From: Elusimicrobiota bacterium
GTDB lineage: Bacteria; CG03
DNA: 41,483 bases
Assembly: GCA_021161565.1 (NCBI GenBank)
Contig: JAGHAK010000075.1
Coordinates: forward strand, 1-41,483
Reading direction: 5' to 3'
Both the position numbers and the translations under genes were made by a program. The notes beneath the pieces were generated by a model. It searched no databases. It saw only the letters and a list, made by a program, of their open reading frames with translations, and was not told where the DNA came from. Positions 16,606 through 25,689 of this stretch are shown here, one piece after another. Each line of letters starts with the position of its first letter. Positions within the stretch are counted from its first letter, which is position 1.

Positions 16606-17096
16606 TGGCAGGGAAGAAGGCTTTTACTCTCGTGGAACTGATGATTGCGATGACAATCATCGCGATGCTCGCTTCAATTGGCATTCCGAAATTCGCCAAT
16701 ATGATTAAAACAAGCAAACAGTCAACGGCGAAGCACAATCTTGGCGTGCTGCGTTCGGCAACGAACATTTATTACGGCGAAAATACCGGCATCTGGCCGT
16801 GGGAAAACACGGATGTCGGCGGAGATTACAAGGAACTGAGCACCATAGAATCCTATGACTCCAATGCGCTGGTGCCGAAGTATCTGAATGAATTTCCCAA
16901 ATTTGACAGCGGAATTAGAGATAATCCTCTAAACGGGAAAAATACTGTTTGCGTTGCGGATGACGGCGGAACATACGATTATTACGGAAGGTGGACATCA
17001 GGCAACAGCAATGTATGGATTTATGTAAAAAAGAAAGGTTGGTATATAAATACGGAGGACACCGACACAAAAGGCGCGGGGATACACACATGGTAA
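16605..17096 (+). CDS. Prepilin-type N-terminal cleavage/methylation domain protein (pilin/pseudopilin-like)
   Basis: MAGKKA-FTLVELMIAMTIIAMLASIGIP class III signal. The start overlaps the rng stop (TAATG). Confidence 0.8.
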   Translation: MAGKKAFTLVELMIAMTIIAMLASIGIPKFANMIKTSKQSTAKHNLGVLRSATNIYYGENTGIWPWENTDVGGDYKELSTIESYDSNALVPKYLNEFPKFDSGIRDNPLNGKNTVCVADDGGTYDYYGRWTSGNSNVWIYVKKKGWYINTEDTDTKGAGIHTW

Positions 17097-18430
17097 AAGA
17101 AACCGCTTATATTGTAGACAGAGACGAAAAATTTGTTGAACGGCTGAAAAATATTATAGGAAACGACTACATTATTTCTACTTTCAGCGAGCCGGGCGAC
17201 GCCGTTGATTTGATTTTGAAAAAAAAGCCTGACATTGTGATTACGGAACTTCTTTTCCCGTCGCTCGACGGGATAAATTTCGTCGCATCCCTGAAGGAAC
17301 GGTGTGCGGAATCCCCGATTGTGGTGGTGACCAAATTGCCTGTCACGGGAAAGTTCGCGTCGATTTTCGAAATCTCGGATTGTTGGGGCAAAAATCTTTC
17401 CGATGACGAACTCTACGAGAGGATAAAGAAGGCGTCGGGATGGAAGAGAAAAAAGGTTTCTCCTCCGGCTCTTCCCATAATCACGGAAGGAGCGATTGGC
17501 ACAGCTGTAAAAAACTTGCTTGACGAAGTTTACGAGGAGAAAAAAAATCTCTGCCTGAGATATATGGGCGAAAAGAATTACGCCCGGGCGATTGAGATCG
17601 CCGCTTTTCTGAGACGCGTTTTCCCGACGGACCTGAGAACGCAGGGTCTGATAAGGGAAATTATCCTCTCCCCCGATGTTTCGGCGACCGCGGACAATCA
17701 GACGACTTTTTCGATGCCGGCTGAAGAGATAAACGCTATTTTGAGGGAAAACAGGGATGCTCATTCGAAAAACGACCTTCCCAAAATGCTCGACTGCGCG
17801 AAAAAACTTCTTTTGGGCGAGGATGTGAAAAACGGAGTCAGAATTTTGAGAGAAATTGTGGTTTTTTCAGAGGAAAATCCTTTTCTCGCCGAGCAGGTTG
17901 TTATAAAGAAAGAGGGCGCGAAACTGCCCTTGAGCGAAATAATCTGTGGTGTGTCGCTGTTTCTGAGTTTTTTCCTGTTTCCGTATGAGTTCGCGGGCAT
18001 CGCGATTGTTTCGGGAATATGGTCGCTCGCGAAAAAGTCGAAAAAAGTCGCGAGGTTTGCTATACCCATGGCAGTTGCGGTTATAGGTTTGAATCTCGCC
18101 CATTTTCCCATGCTTTCGGGAATGATTGAAAAATGGTATGCCCAGCGTCAGGCGGAAAGGGCGTTCAACGTTTCTCCAAAATTTTTCAGGCCTGGTTCAG
18201 AAATGCTTCTTGTCAGATACAGGGTTAAAAAATACGGGCCCGTAAAAATAACAGTGTCTTCCGGAAGGCAGCATGCGACGATTATAGACAATCCGTCTCA
18301 CGAAGCCGGCACTTTCACGGTTCAGTGGAACGGCAAAGCCGACGACGGCTCTTTTATTAAAAACAATTTTTACATCAAAATGATTGCCGCCGGGCGCGAA
18401 TACAGGGGAAAAATCTACGTCGGCAAATAG
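17090..18430 (+). CDS. Membrane protein: N-terminal receiver-like domain (Asp replaced by Glu), about 3 TM helices, C-terminal FlgD-Ig-like domain
   Basis: REC-like YIVDRDEKF...PDIVITELLFPSLDG...IVVVTK has E where the phospho-acceptor D normally sits. Hydrophobic segments are ICGVSLFLSFFLFPY, FAGIAIVSGIWSLA and FAIPMAVAVIGLNLAHF. The C-terminus GTFTVQWNGKADDGSFIKNNFYIKMIA is FlgD-Ig-like. The start overlaps the pilin stop (ATGGTAA). Confidence 0.65.
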   Translation: MVKETAYIVDRDEKFVERLKNIIGNDYIISTFSEPGDAVDLILKKKPDIVITELLFPSLDGINFVASLKERCAESPIVVVTKLPVTGKFASIFEISDCWGKNLSDDELYERIKKASGWKRKKVSPPALPIITEGAIGTAVKNLLDEVYEEKKNLCLRYMGEKNYARAIEIAAFLRRVFPTDLRTQGLIREIILSPDVSATADNQTTFSMPAEEINAILRENRDAHSKNDLPKMLDCAKKLLLGEDVKNGVRILREIVVFSEENPFLAEQVVIKKEGAKLPLSEIICGVSLFLSFFLFPYEFAGIAIVSGIWSLAKKSKKVARFAIPMAVAVIGLNLAHFPMLSGMIEKWYAQRQAERAFNVSPKFFRPGSEMLLVRYRVKKYGPVKITVSSGRQHATIIDNPSHEAGTFTVQWNGKADDGSFIKNNFYIKMIAAGREYRGKIYVGK

Positions 18431-19018
18431 ATGGCATCTTACAGAAGAAGGCATTATCTGATAAACAAAAAGTATCAAATCAGATACACGATTTACATTT
18501 TAGCTTCGATGATTGCCGTGGCGGTTCTGATTTCCGCGGTGACTTTTTCGGTAATTTATCCGATGCTTTCGGCGAAACTTTCGAAAGCCGTCACCGAGGC
18601 GATTTCGAAGGACATATCAAGGGGATTGCTCATAACTTATTGGACGGGTGTTGCGGTGCTGATTGCCGTTGCGGCGGTTTTCGGCATTTTGTTTTCGCAC
18701 AGAATTGTCGGGCCCATAAACAGAATGACCGCGCTTGTAAATGAAATCAAACAGGGGAATCTTTCGAAAAAAATCATTCTCAGAGAGAAAGACGAATTTT
18801 ATCCCCTCGCCAACGCCATAAACGATTTGCTCGACGAACTTGACGAGACAGTTGCGGTAAGCAGGCAAAAAATCGGCGAGTTTGCCGAAAACCTCGAGAA
18901 AATCAGAGCGCAGTTTCAGCGGAAAAACGCCATCGACAGCGATACAGACAAAAAATTCGAATCGATGATTTCCGACTGTCGCCGCATTTTGTCGGAACTT
19001 TCAAAATACAGGACGTGA
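18431..19018 (+). CDS. HAMP-domain membrane protein (two TM helices plus HAMP, no output domain)
   Basis: Two TM helices are followed by SHRIVGPINRMTALVNEIKQGNLSKKI...EFYPLANAINDLLDEL, which is HAMP-like. The start is immediately adjacent to the upstream stop. Confidence 0.7.
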   Translation: MASYRRRHYLINKKYQIRYTIYILASMIAVAVLISAVTFSVIYPMLSAKLSKAVTEAISKDISRGLLITYWTGVAVLIAVAAVFGILFSHRIVGPINRMTALVNEIKQGNLSKKIILREKDEFYPLANAINDLLDELDETVAVSRQKIGEFAENLEKIRAQFQRKNAIDSDTDKKFESMISDCRRILSELSKYRT

Positions 19019-19119
19019 ATCTTTCGTTGCAACATCTCTCGCAGGATGCAGAAAAGTTGAGCGGCAACGAAAGATTGAAAAGAGGGGTTTTTCCTTTTTT
19101 GAGAAAAAGGAGAGAAATC

Positions 19120-19161
19120 ATGCTTGAATTGCGAACGAAGTTCGCAATTAGCCCTTTATGA
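19120..19161 (+). CDS. 13-codon leader ORF (MLELRTKFAISPL) translationally coupled to murI
   Basis: AAGGAGAGA lies 4 nt upstream of ATG 19120. Its TGA (19159-61) overlaps the murI ATG (19158-60), and murI has no Shine-Dalgarno of its own. The ORF contains a 10-bp hairpin (19127-36/19140-49). Confidence 0.4.
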   Translation: MLELRTKFAISPL

Positions 19162-19928
19162 AAATTGGAATTTTTGATTCTGGTGTCGGTGGGCTGACTG
19201 TTTACAAAGTGATAAAAAGAAGATTTCCCGCCTGCGATTTTGTTTATTTTGCCGACACGGCTCACTTGCCGTATGGAGACAAATCCGAAAAAACGATTGT
19301 CAGGTTCAGCAGGAATATCGCCGGCTTTCTCGTCGAAAACAAAGCGGATTTGATTGTTTGCGCCTGTAATACCGCTTCTTCTGTCGCGGTTTCCCGCATT
19401 GAAAGGGAACTTCCCGTTCCGATTTTCGGAGTGATAGAATCCGCCGTCGAGGACGCGGTTTCGGTGGCTCAAAAAATCGCTGTGATAGGGACGAAACTCA
19501 CCATTAAAAGCGGTTCTTACGAAAGAGAAATAAAAAAACGCGGCAAGGGAATCAGCGTTTTTTCGCTGGCGACGCCTCTTTTTGTTCCGCTGATAGAAGA
19601 GGGCTGGTGCGACACGCCTGTTTGCGATAAAGTGATAAAAATATATCTCGATGAAATAAAAAAATGGAAGCCTGAAGCGTTGATTCTCGCCTGCACGCAT
19701 TATCCGGTTATTAAGAACAAAATTTCAAAGTTTCTGGGCGGAAAGACAAAAATGTTTGATTCCGGTTCGATTGTGAAAACATTGAAAAAATTTGTCAAAC
19801 CCTGCGTTGGAGGGAAAGGCAAAAGCAGTTTTTTTGTGAGCGACGACCCCGACAATTTTAGGAAAATCGCAAAGAAAGTGATGAATATGAAAATAGAGAA
19901 GGTGGCGCTGTGTACAAAATTTCTGTGA
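19158..19928 (+). CDS. murI: Glutamate racemase
   Basis: IGIFDSGVGGLTV, the catalytic-Cys motif CNTAS and ACTHYP. Confidence 0.93.
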   Translation: MKIGIFDSGVGGLTVYKVIKRRFPACDFVYFADTAHLPYGDKSEKTIVRFSRNIAGFLVENKADLIVCACNTASSVAVSRIERELPVPIFGVIESAVEDAVSVAQKIAVIGTKLTIKSGSYEREIKKRGKGISVFSLATPLFVPLIEEGWCDTPVCDKVIKIYLDEIKKWKPEALILACTHYPVIKNKISKFLGGKTKMFDSGSIVKTLKKFVKPCVGGKGKSSFFVSDDPDNFRKIAKKVMNMKIEKVALCTKFL

Positions 19929-20272
19929 AAAGTTTTTTCTCCGCGGCGCATTTTCTGAAAAATTACCGCGGAAAATGCGAAAATCTGCATGGCCACAACT
20001 GGGAAGTGACGGCTACGATATCCGGCGAAAATCTGAAAAATGGGCTTCTTATGGATTTCTCCGCGCTGAAAAGAATTTTGAAAAGCCTCCTTGCTCGCTT
20101 CGATCACAAATCGTTAAACGAACTAAAAGAGTTCAAAAAAATAAACACGACTTCCGAAAACATAGCGAGAGTTATTTTTCTGGAATTGAAAAAGCAACTG
20201 CCGGAAAATGTTTCTCTCGAGGAGGTTGCCGTTTCCGAAACCCCCACGAACCGGGCGAGTTACAGCGAATGA
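19910..20272 (+). CDS. queD: 6-carboxy-5,6,7,8-tetrahydropterin synthase
   Basis: SAAHFL...KCENLHGHNWEV motif. At 120 aa the size fits. GTG start. Confidence 0.88.
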   Translation: MYKISVKSFFSAAHFLKNYRGKCENLHGHNWEVTATISGENLKNGLLMDFSALKRILKSLLARFDHKSLNELKEFKKINTTSENIARVIFLELKKQLPENVSLEEVAVSETPTNRASYSE

Positions 20273-20288
20273 AAAAAGAGGATAAATA

Positions 20289-20972
20289 ATGGAGTGGATA
20301 AAAGCGGGAAAGAATAAAAAGAAAGCAGTCGTTCTGCTTTCAGGCGGTCTGGATTCGTCGACGACGCTTTATCTGGCGAAATCACGGGGATGGGATGTTC
20401 ATTGTCTGATTTTTTCCTACGGTCAGAGGCATTCCCGCGAGGTGAAATCGGCTGTCTCGATAGCGAAAAAGACCCGTTCGTCGTACAGTTTGGTGAATAT
20501 AAATCTTCCCTGGTGCGGCTCGTCTCTGATAGATAAATCGAAAAAAATTCCGCCGGGAAAAATCGGAAGAGAGAGAATTCCGTCGACCTATGTCCCCGGA
20601 AGAAACACGATTTTTCTTTCGTACGCTTTTTCCTTCTGCGAAGCGAAAAAAATACCCGCAATTTTTATCGGAGCCAACGCCGTCGATTTTTCTGGCTATC
20701 CCGACTGCCGACCTTGCTATTACAGGGCGTTTAACAGACTTCTTGAGCACGCTTCGGTGGCAGGAGTCAAGATTGTGACGCCTCTTATCAGAAAATCCAA
20801 AAGAGACATTGTTCTTTTGGGGCATAAACTCGGGGTGCCTTTCGAAATGACCTGGTCGTGCTACCGCGGCGGCGACAAACCCTGCGGCGATTGCGATTCC
20901 TGCCGCCTCAGGGCAAAAGGTTTTGAGGATGCGGGACTTGCCGACCCGCTTGTGAAAACAGATAGTGAATAG
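20289..20972 (+). CDS. queC: 7-cyano-7-deazaguanine synthase
   Basis: PP-loop VVLLSGGLDSST and a C-terminal Zn cysteine cluster CYRGGDKPCGDCDSCRLR. Confidence 0.93.
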   Translation: MEWIKAGKNKKKAVVLLSGGLDSSTTLYLAKSRGWDVHCLIFSYGQRHSREVKSAVSIAKKTRSSYSLVNINLPWCGSSLIDKSKKIPPGKIGRERIPSTYVPGRNTIFLSYAFSFCEAKKIPAIFIGANAVDFSGYPDCRPCYYRAFNRLLEHASVAGVKIVTPLIRKSKRDIVLLGHKLGVPFEMTWSCYRGGDKPCGDCDSCRLRAKGFEDAGLADPLVKTDSE

Positions 20973-21023
20973 CGCGCGCAGGGCGGGCGGTCCGGAAAGA
21001 GGCAAACAGAAATTGGACGGAAT

Positions 21024-21662
21024 ATGAAAGGCAAAATTTCGGAAATTTTTTTTTCGATTCAGGGCGAAGGCCCTTTTGCCGGTCTTCCCTGCTACTTTAT
21101 CAGGTTTTTCGGATGCAATGAAAATTGTTCCTATTGCGACACGAAATACGCGCTTTCGGGAAAATTCTCGCTGATGACTCCAGGCGAGGTTGCCGGAAAA
21201 ATAAAAGGCGGATTTCCTGTTGTCATTACGGGCGGCGAGCCGACGGTTCAGACGGATTTTCTGGCTGATTTAGTTTCGAAACTGGAAGGCCGGCGCATTT
21301 TTCTGGAGACAAACGGTGCGAACTCCATAAAAAGAATCGCGGAAAAATTCGATTTTATTTCGTTTCATCTGATCCCGCCTCCGACCCGCGGGAAAAAGGA
21401 GTTTATAACGGAAATTTCGCGCGTTCGGTTTGGAGTTAAAATCGTGGTCGAGCGGGAAACAAAATTGAAGGAAATTTTCAGTATTGCTCAATTTCTGAAA
21501 AATTTCGAAAAGGGGGTTCTGATTTTGCAGCCGCTGTCGTCGAGAAAAAGGATTGTTCCTGCTGCGGCTGAAAAGAGTTTGAGATTTGCTAAGGCGGTTT
21601 ATCCCGCATTCCCGCGGGTTTTTGTCATTCCGCAGATTCACAAACTCCTTGATTTTAGATGA
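21024..21662 (+). CDS. queE: 7-carboxy-7-deazaguanine synthase (radical SAM)
   Basis: EIFFSIQGEGPFAGLPCYFIRFFGCNENCSYCDT, which is the QueE-type N-terminus with its cluster cysteines. Confidence 0.88.
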   Translation: MKGKISEIFFSIQGEGPFAGLPCYFIRFFGCNENCSYCDTKYALSGKFSLMTPGEVAGKIKGGFPVVITGGEPTVQTDFLADLVSKLEGRRIFLETNGANSIKRIAEKFDFISFHLIPPPTRGKKEFITEISRVRFGVKIVVERETKLKEIFSIAQFLKNFEKGVLILQPLSSRKRIVPAAAEKSLRFAKAVYPAFPRVFVIPQIHKLLDFR

Positions 21663-21683
21663 GGGAATTTGGGATAATAAACA

Positions 21684-21968
21684 ATGGAAAGGGATATAGA
21701 TAAACCCGAAAGGGAGAAAATAGACGCGATAATTTATTTGAGAGGTTGCAAAATAAAGGGAACGATTTTTCTGCCGCCCGGAGGGCGTCTTTCGGATTTT
21801 ATCAATTCTCCGGTAAGGCAATTCATTCCTGTGAAGGATGCGGAAATAGAATCGATAACTTCGGACAAATGGTCGTATAATGTCAGGTTTCTCAATCTCA
21901 ACAAAAATGAGATTGTGACTATTTTTCCGAAAGAGGCGTTTATAGAAAGAGGGAAATTGGCGGACTGA
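21684..21968 (+). CDS. Hypothetical small protein (94 aa), beta-rich / Sm-like pattern
   Basis: Clean ORF with a plausible start context. [29 protein letters not shown]...FIPVKDAEI resembles a small beta-barrel, but I recognise no family. Confidence 0.5.
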   Translation: MERDIDKPEREKIDAIIYLRGCKIKGTIFLPPGGRLSDFINSPVRQFIPVKDAEIESITSDKWSYNVRFLNLNKNEIVTIFPKEAFIERGKLAD

Positions 21969-21981
21969 TGGGAGGATTTTT

Positions 21982-22998
21982 ATGTCTAAAACAGAAAGAG
22001 AAAAAAGTTTGAATGTCGCTCTGGCTGAAATCGAGAAAAAATTCGGCAAGGGGGCGATAATGCGTCTCGGCGACGAGAAATTCCTCGGCAAGGTTGCGGC
22101 GATTCCGACTGAAGCGCTTGCTCTCGATATCGCGCTTGGCATTGGAGGAATTCCCCGCGGCAGAATCACGGAGATTTTCGGCCCGGAGGGCGGCGGCAAG
22201 ACCACGCTTGCGCTTCAGATTATCGCGAATGTCCAGAGAACCGGCGGAGTCGCGGCTTTTATTGATGCCGAACACGCGATGGATCCCGATTACGCTGCGA
22301 AAATCGGCGTTGATGTGAAAGCGCTTCTCGTCTCCCAGCCGGATTCGGGCGAACAGGCTCTGCAGATTTGCGATACTTTAATCCGCAGCGGTTCGATAGA
22401 TGTTATCGTTGTCGATTCTGTCGCTGCTCTTGTGCCAAAGGCGGAACTGGAAGGCGAAATCGGCGATCAGACGGTCGGGCTTCAGGCGCGGCTTATGTCC
22501 CAGAGTCTTCGTCGGCTCGCTTCGGCTATTTCAAAATCGAAAACTTCGGCGATTTTCATAAACCAGATTCGGGAAAAAATAAATATGGGTTTCGCTTTCG
22601 GCGGGCACGAAACGACCCCCGGCGGCCGCGCTCTGAAATTTTATTCTTCCGTCCGACTGGATATAAGGAGAATAGGTTCTATAAAGTCGGGTTCGGATGT
22701 TGTCGGCGCGCGAGTCAAGGTGAAGGTTGCGAAAAACAAAGTCGCGCCGCCTTTCAAGGTCTGCGAATTTGATATTTACTTCGGCAGGGGGATAGTGAGG
22801 GAATCGTCCATTCTCGATGTGGCGCTGGCGGAAGGTATTATCAAAAAAACCGGCAACACCTTTATCTACGGCGACAAGAAACTCGGTATTGGAAGGGAAA
22901 ACGCGGTGGAAGGTCTGATTAAGGAAAAGCAAATCTGCGAAAGAATCGAAAAGGAAATAAGAAAAAAACACTTTGAGGAATCCGCCGCAAAAAAGTAG
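21982..22998 (+). CDS. recA: Recombinase A
   Basis: [15 protein letters not shown], Walker [16 protein letters not shown] and L2-region motifs. Strong Shine-Dalgarno GGGAGGA. Confidence 0.97.
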   Translation: MSKTEREKSLNVALAEIEKKFGKGAIMRLGDEKFLGKVAAIPTEALALDIALGIGGIPRGRITEIFGPEGGGKTTLALQIIANVQRTGGVAAFIDAEHAMDPDYAAKIGVDVKALLVSQPDSGEQALQICDTLIRSGSIDVIVVDSVAALVPKAELEGEIGDQTVGLQARLMSQSLRRLASAISKSKTSAIFINQIREKINMGFAFGGHETTPGGRALKFYSSVRLDIRRIGSIKSGSDVVGARVKVKVAKNKVAPPFKVCEFDIYFGRGIVRESSILDVALAEGIIKKTGNTFIYGDKKLGIGRENAVEGLIKEKQICERIEKEIRKKHFEESAAKK

Positions 22999-23007
22999 CA
23001 GCGAATT

Positions 23008-23877
23008 GTGATTGACGCGGAAACAGAGGCGATCCTCGACGAATACAAAAATTTTTGTTTTTCCGAAAGAGGTCTCGCTGGGCTTTCTGTCTATGCGTAT
23101 CTGACGGATGTAAGGGCTTTTCTCGACAGGGTTCAGAAAAAAGTTTCCGAAATAGAATCCCGCGATGTGAAGGATTTTCTCCGGCAAGTCCGCATCCAAT
23201 CGACTGCCCGCACGCTTGCCAGAAAAATCTGCGCTTTGAAGAGTTTTTACGAATTTCTTATAGAAGACGGCATTGTCTCCCGAAATCCCGTCTCGACTAT
23301 TCGCACGCCCCGTCTCGAAAAAAATCTTCCGGAAGTTCTCTCAACAGACGAAGTGGAGAGAATTATTTCTGTGGCTGGAAAAATGAGAAGCGCCGCGCGA
23401 AACCGCGCTATTGTGGAGACTCTTTACGGAGCAGGGCTTAGAATCAGCGAACTGACGAATTTGAAGGTGAAGGATGCGAATCTGAATGTCGGTTTTCTCA
23501 GGATTCAGGGCAAAAGGGGACGGGAAAGAATTGTTCCCGTGGGCCGCCCCGCCAGAGAGGCCATATCGAAATATCTGGCCGGCCGCAGGCCGGGCGAAAA
23601 TGATTTCCTTTTCCCAAATCCCTCCGGCGGCAGGTTTTCCAGAATGGGCGTGTGGAAAATCGTGAAAAGGCTCTGCCACGCCGCGGGAATAGAAAGAAAA
23701 ATCACTCCGCACACTTTCAGGCATTCTTTCGCGACGCATCTTTTGCAAAACGGAGCGGATTTAAGAAGCATTCAGGAACTTTTAGGACATATTCAGATTG
23801 CCACTACACAGATTTACACACATCTTTCACAGAAAAGACTGAAGCAGATACACAAGCGTTTTCATCCGAGGGCGTAG
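23008..23877 (+). CDS. Tyrosine site-specific recombinase, XerC/XerD family
   Basis: An N-terminal SAM-like domain plus the catalytic R...HTFRHSFATHLL...LLGH...TQIYTH signature. GTG start. Confidence 0.88.
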   Translation: MIDAETEAILDEYKNFCFSERGLAGLSVYAYLTDVRAFLDRVQKKVSEIESRDVKDFLRQVRIQSTARTLARKICALKSFYEFLIEDGIVSRNPVSTIRTPRLEKNLPEVLSTDEVERIISVAGKMRSAARNRAIVETLYGAGLRISELTNLKVKDANLNVGFLRIQGKRGRERIVPVGRPAREAISKYLAGRRPGENDFLFPNPSGGRFSRMGVWKIVKRLCHAAGIERKITPHTFRHSFATHLLQNGADLRSIQELLGHIQIATTQIYTHLSQKRLKQIHKRFHPRA

Positions 23878-23965
23878 AATCGATGCAGACAAAATTCGCC
23901 TTTGGCGGCGGATCCCTTCTTTTTTTTTGCGCGGGAATTTGGTAAAAAATATCTCGGAGGGTGAT

Positions 23966-24463
23966 ATGAGATTCGTTTTTGTTATTATGATTTTGTTTTC
24001 GCTTTTTTCCTGTAAACACAAAAATCCTGTCGCCGAGATTGTCACCGAGAAAGGAACGATTGTCTGCGAACTTTACCCGAAGGAAGCGCCGAAAACGGTG
24101 GAAAATTTTATCAGGTTGTCGAAAAAAGGTTTTTACGGCAATCTGACTTTTCATAGAGTCGTTCCGGATTTTGTCATTCAGGGCGGGGATCCCAAGGGAA
24201 ATGGCACAGGCGGTCCGGGATACACTCTTCCCGCCGAAATTTCGCCCAATTTGAGGCATATCGCCGGCGCCCTCGCGATGGCGCGCCTGCCGGACAGGAT
24301 TAATCCCGAGAGAAGGTCGAGCGGGAGCCAGTTTTACATCTGCCTGAAAGACAATTTTTTTCTTGACGGAAAATACACGATTTTCGGAATGGTTGTAAGG
24401 GGAATGGATGTCGTCAGAAAAATCGCGGTTGGCGACAGGATTTTGAAAATCAACATAGAATAG
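23966..24463 (+). CDS. Cyclophilin-type peptidyl-prolyl isomerase, probable lipoprotein
   Basis: MRFVFVIMILFSLFSC has a lipobox. FHRVVPDFVIQGGDPKGNGTGGPGY is the cyclophilin core. Shine-Dalgarno GGAGGG lies upstream of ATG 23966. Confidence 0.88.
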   Translation: MRFVFVIMILFSLFSCKHKNPVAEIVTEKGTIVCELYPKEAPKTVENFIRLSKKGFYGNLTFHRVVPDFVIQGGDPKGNGTGGPGYTLPAEISPNLRHIAGALAMARLPDRINPERRSSGSQFYICLKDNFFLDGKYTIFGMVVRGMDVVRKIAVGDRILKINIE

Positions 24464-25689
24464 TGGATTATTTTCGTTATCGAGAAGACGAACTTTTTGC
24501 GGAGGACGTTCCGCTGAAATTTCTCGCCGGCAGATTCGGCACGCCGCTTTATGTCTATTCGAAAAAAACGATTGTCAGACATTTGAGGGCGTTCAAAAGA
24601 AGTTTTTCCGTCTTGAATCCGTTGATATGTTTCGCCTATAAAGCGAATTACAACAGAAAAATTCTTGAAATTATGAAAAAAGAGGGTTTCGGAGCCGACT
24701 GCGTTTCGATGGGAGAACTGAAACTCGCGAAGAAGATAGGTGTGCCTTCCTCGAAAATCGTCTTTAACGGCAATGGCAAGACGGAAGAGGAAATCGAGAT
24801 GGCGGTTGGGATGAAAATAAAAATGTTTAATGTCGACAGCGTCGAGGAACTTCTTACGATTTCCCGCATCGCCCGGAAAAGAAATACGCGCGCGAATATC
24901 GCTTTCAGGGTAAATCCCGAAATTGAAGTTCCCACGCACCCGCATATCGCCACAGCCCTGAAACAGTCGAAATTCGGCATACCTCTTGAAGACGCATTTT
25001 CTGCGTACGAATTAGCGAAACAGATTCCGTCTATCGCGGTTTTGGGAGTCCATTTTCACATAGGTTCGCAAATTACCGAAGTCGGTCCATTTCTGAAAGC
25101 CCTGAGAAAAACGTCGGCATTCGTCAGAAAACTCGGCAGGCGCCGAATACCCGTGAAGTTTTTGAATATTGGCGGCGGGATAGGGGTTAGGTACCACAGG
25201 GAGTTGCCCGCGGACCTCGACACATACGCACGCGAGTTTGCGAAGTGTTTGAAAATACCCGTTAAAATAATTATGGAGCCGGGCAGGGCGATAATCGCCA
25301 ACGCGGCGGTCTTGCTTGCCAAGGTGGTCGCGACGAAAAAAACCCGTTACGGAAATTTTGCCGTGGTGGACGCCGGGATGAACGATTTGGTTAGACCCAG
25401 TATGTATGGCTCTTATCACGAAATAGAGCCGGTAAAAATTTTTGAAGACAGAAAGAAAACGAAATATTCCGTTGTAGGTCCTGTTTGCGAGTCGGGGGAT
25501 ATTTTCGCGAAAAAGGCAGCGCTTCGTCAGGTTTTTGCCGGCGAACTTCTTGCGTTTCGCAGCGCCGGCGCCTACGGATATTCGATGAGTTCCAACTACA
25601 ATTTGCGTTCCCGTCCCGCGGAGGTTCTTGTGGACGGAAAAAATTTTATCGAAATCAGAAAAAGAGAAAAAACAGAGGATTTGATATGA
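24463..25689 (+). CDS. lysA: Diaminopimelate decarboxylase
   Basis: Fold-III PLP decarboxylase motifs (YAYKAN, GGGIGVRY, EPGRAIIANA, CESGD). It lies in a dap gene context. Confidence 0.92.
   Translation: MDYFRYREDELFAEDVPLKFLAGRFGTPLYVYSKKTIVRHLRAFKRSFSVLNPLICFAYKANYNRKILEIMKKEGFGADCVSMGELKLAKKIGVPSSKIVFNGNGKTEEEIEMAVGMKIKMFNVDSVEELLTISRIARKRNTRANIAFRVNPEIEVPTHPHIATALKQSKFGIPLEDAFSAYELAKQIPSIAVLGVHFHIGSQITEVGPFLKALRKTSAFVRKLGRRRIPVKFLNIGGGIGVRYHRELPADLDTYAREFAKCLKIPVKIIMEPGRAIIANAAVLLAKVVATKKTRYGNFAVVDAGMNDLVRPSMYGSYHEIEPVKIFEDRKKTKYSVVGPVCESGDIFAKKAALRQVFAGELLAFRSAGAYGYSMSSNYNLRSRPAEVLVDGKNFIEIRKREKTEDLI

Noticed and set aside
19910-21662. queD-queC-queE as part of a 7-deazaguanine DNA-modification (dpd-like) defence system, because they sit next to recA and a recombinase.
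   Set aside because: There is no DpdA/Tgt-like transglycosylase, helicase or other dpd genes in the window. queDCE alone is ordinary preQ0/queuosine biosynthesis.
23008-23877. The tyrosine recombinase as the integrase of a mobile element or genomic island.
   Set aside because: It has XerC/D-type length and motifs and sits between recA and housekeeping dap genes. I found no flanking direct repeats, tRNA target or phage/plasmid genes nearby. The only tRNA is 8 kb away in a different operon context.
23883-23945. 20-aa hydrophobic small ORF (MQTKFAFGGGSLLFFCAGIW) between the recombinase and the cyclophilin gene.
   Set aside because: It has only a weak, distant Shine-Dalgarno-like GAGGG, it is very short, and I can assess no conservation. 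The evidence is insufficient to call it.
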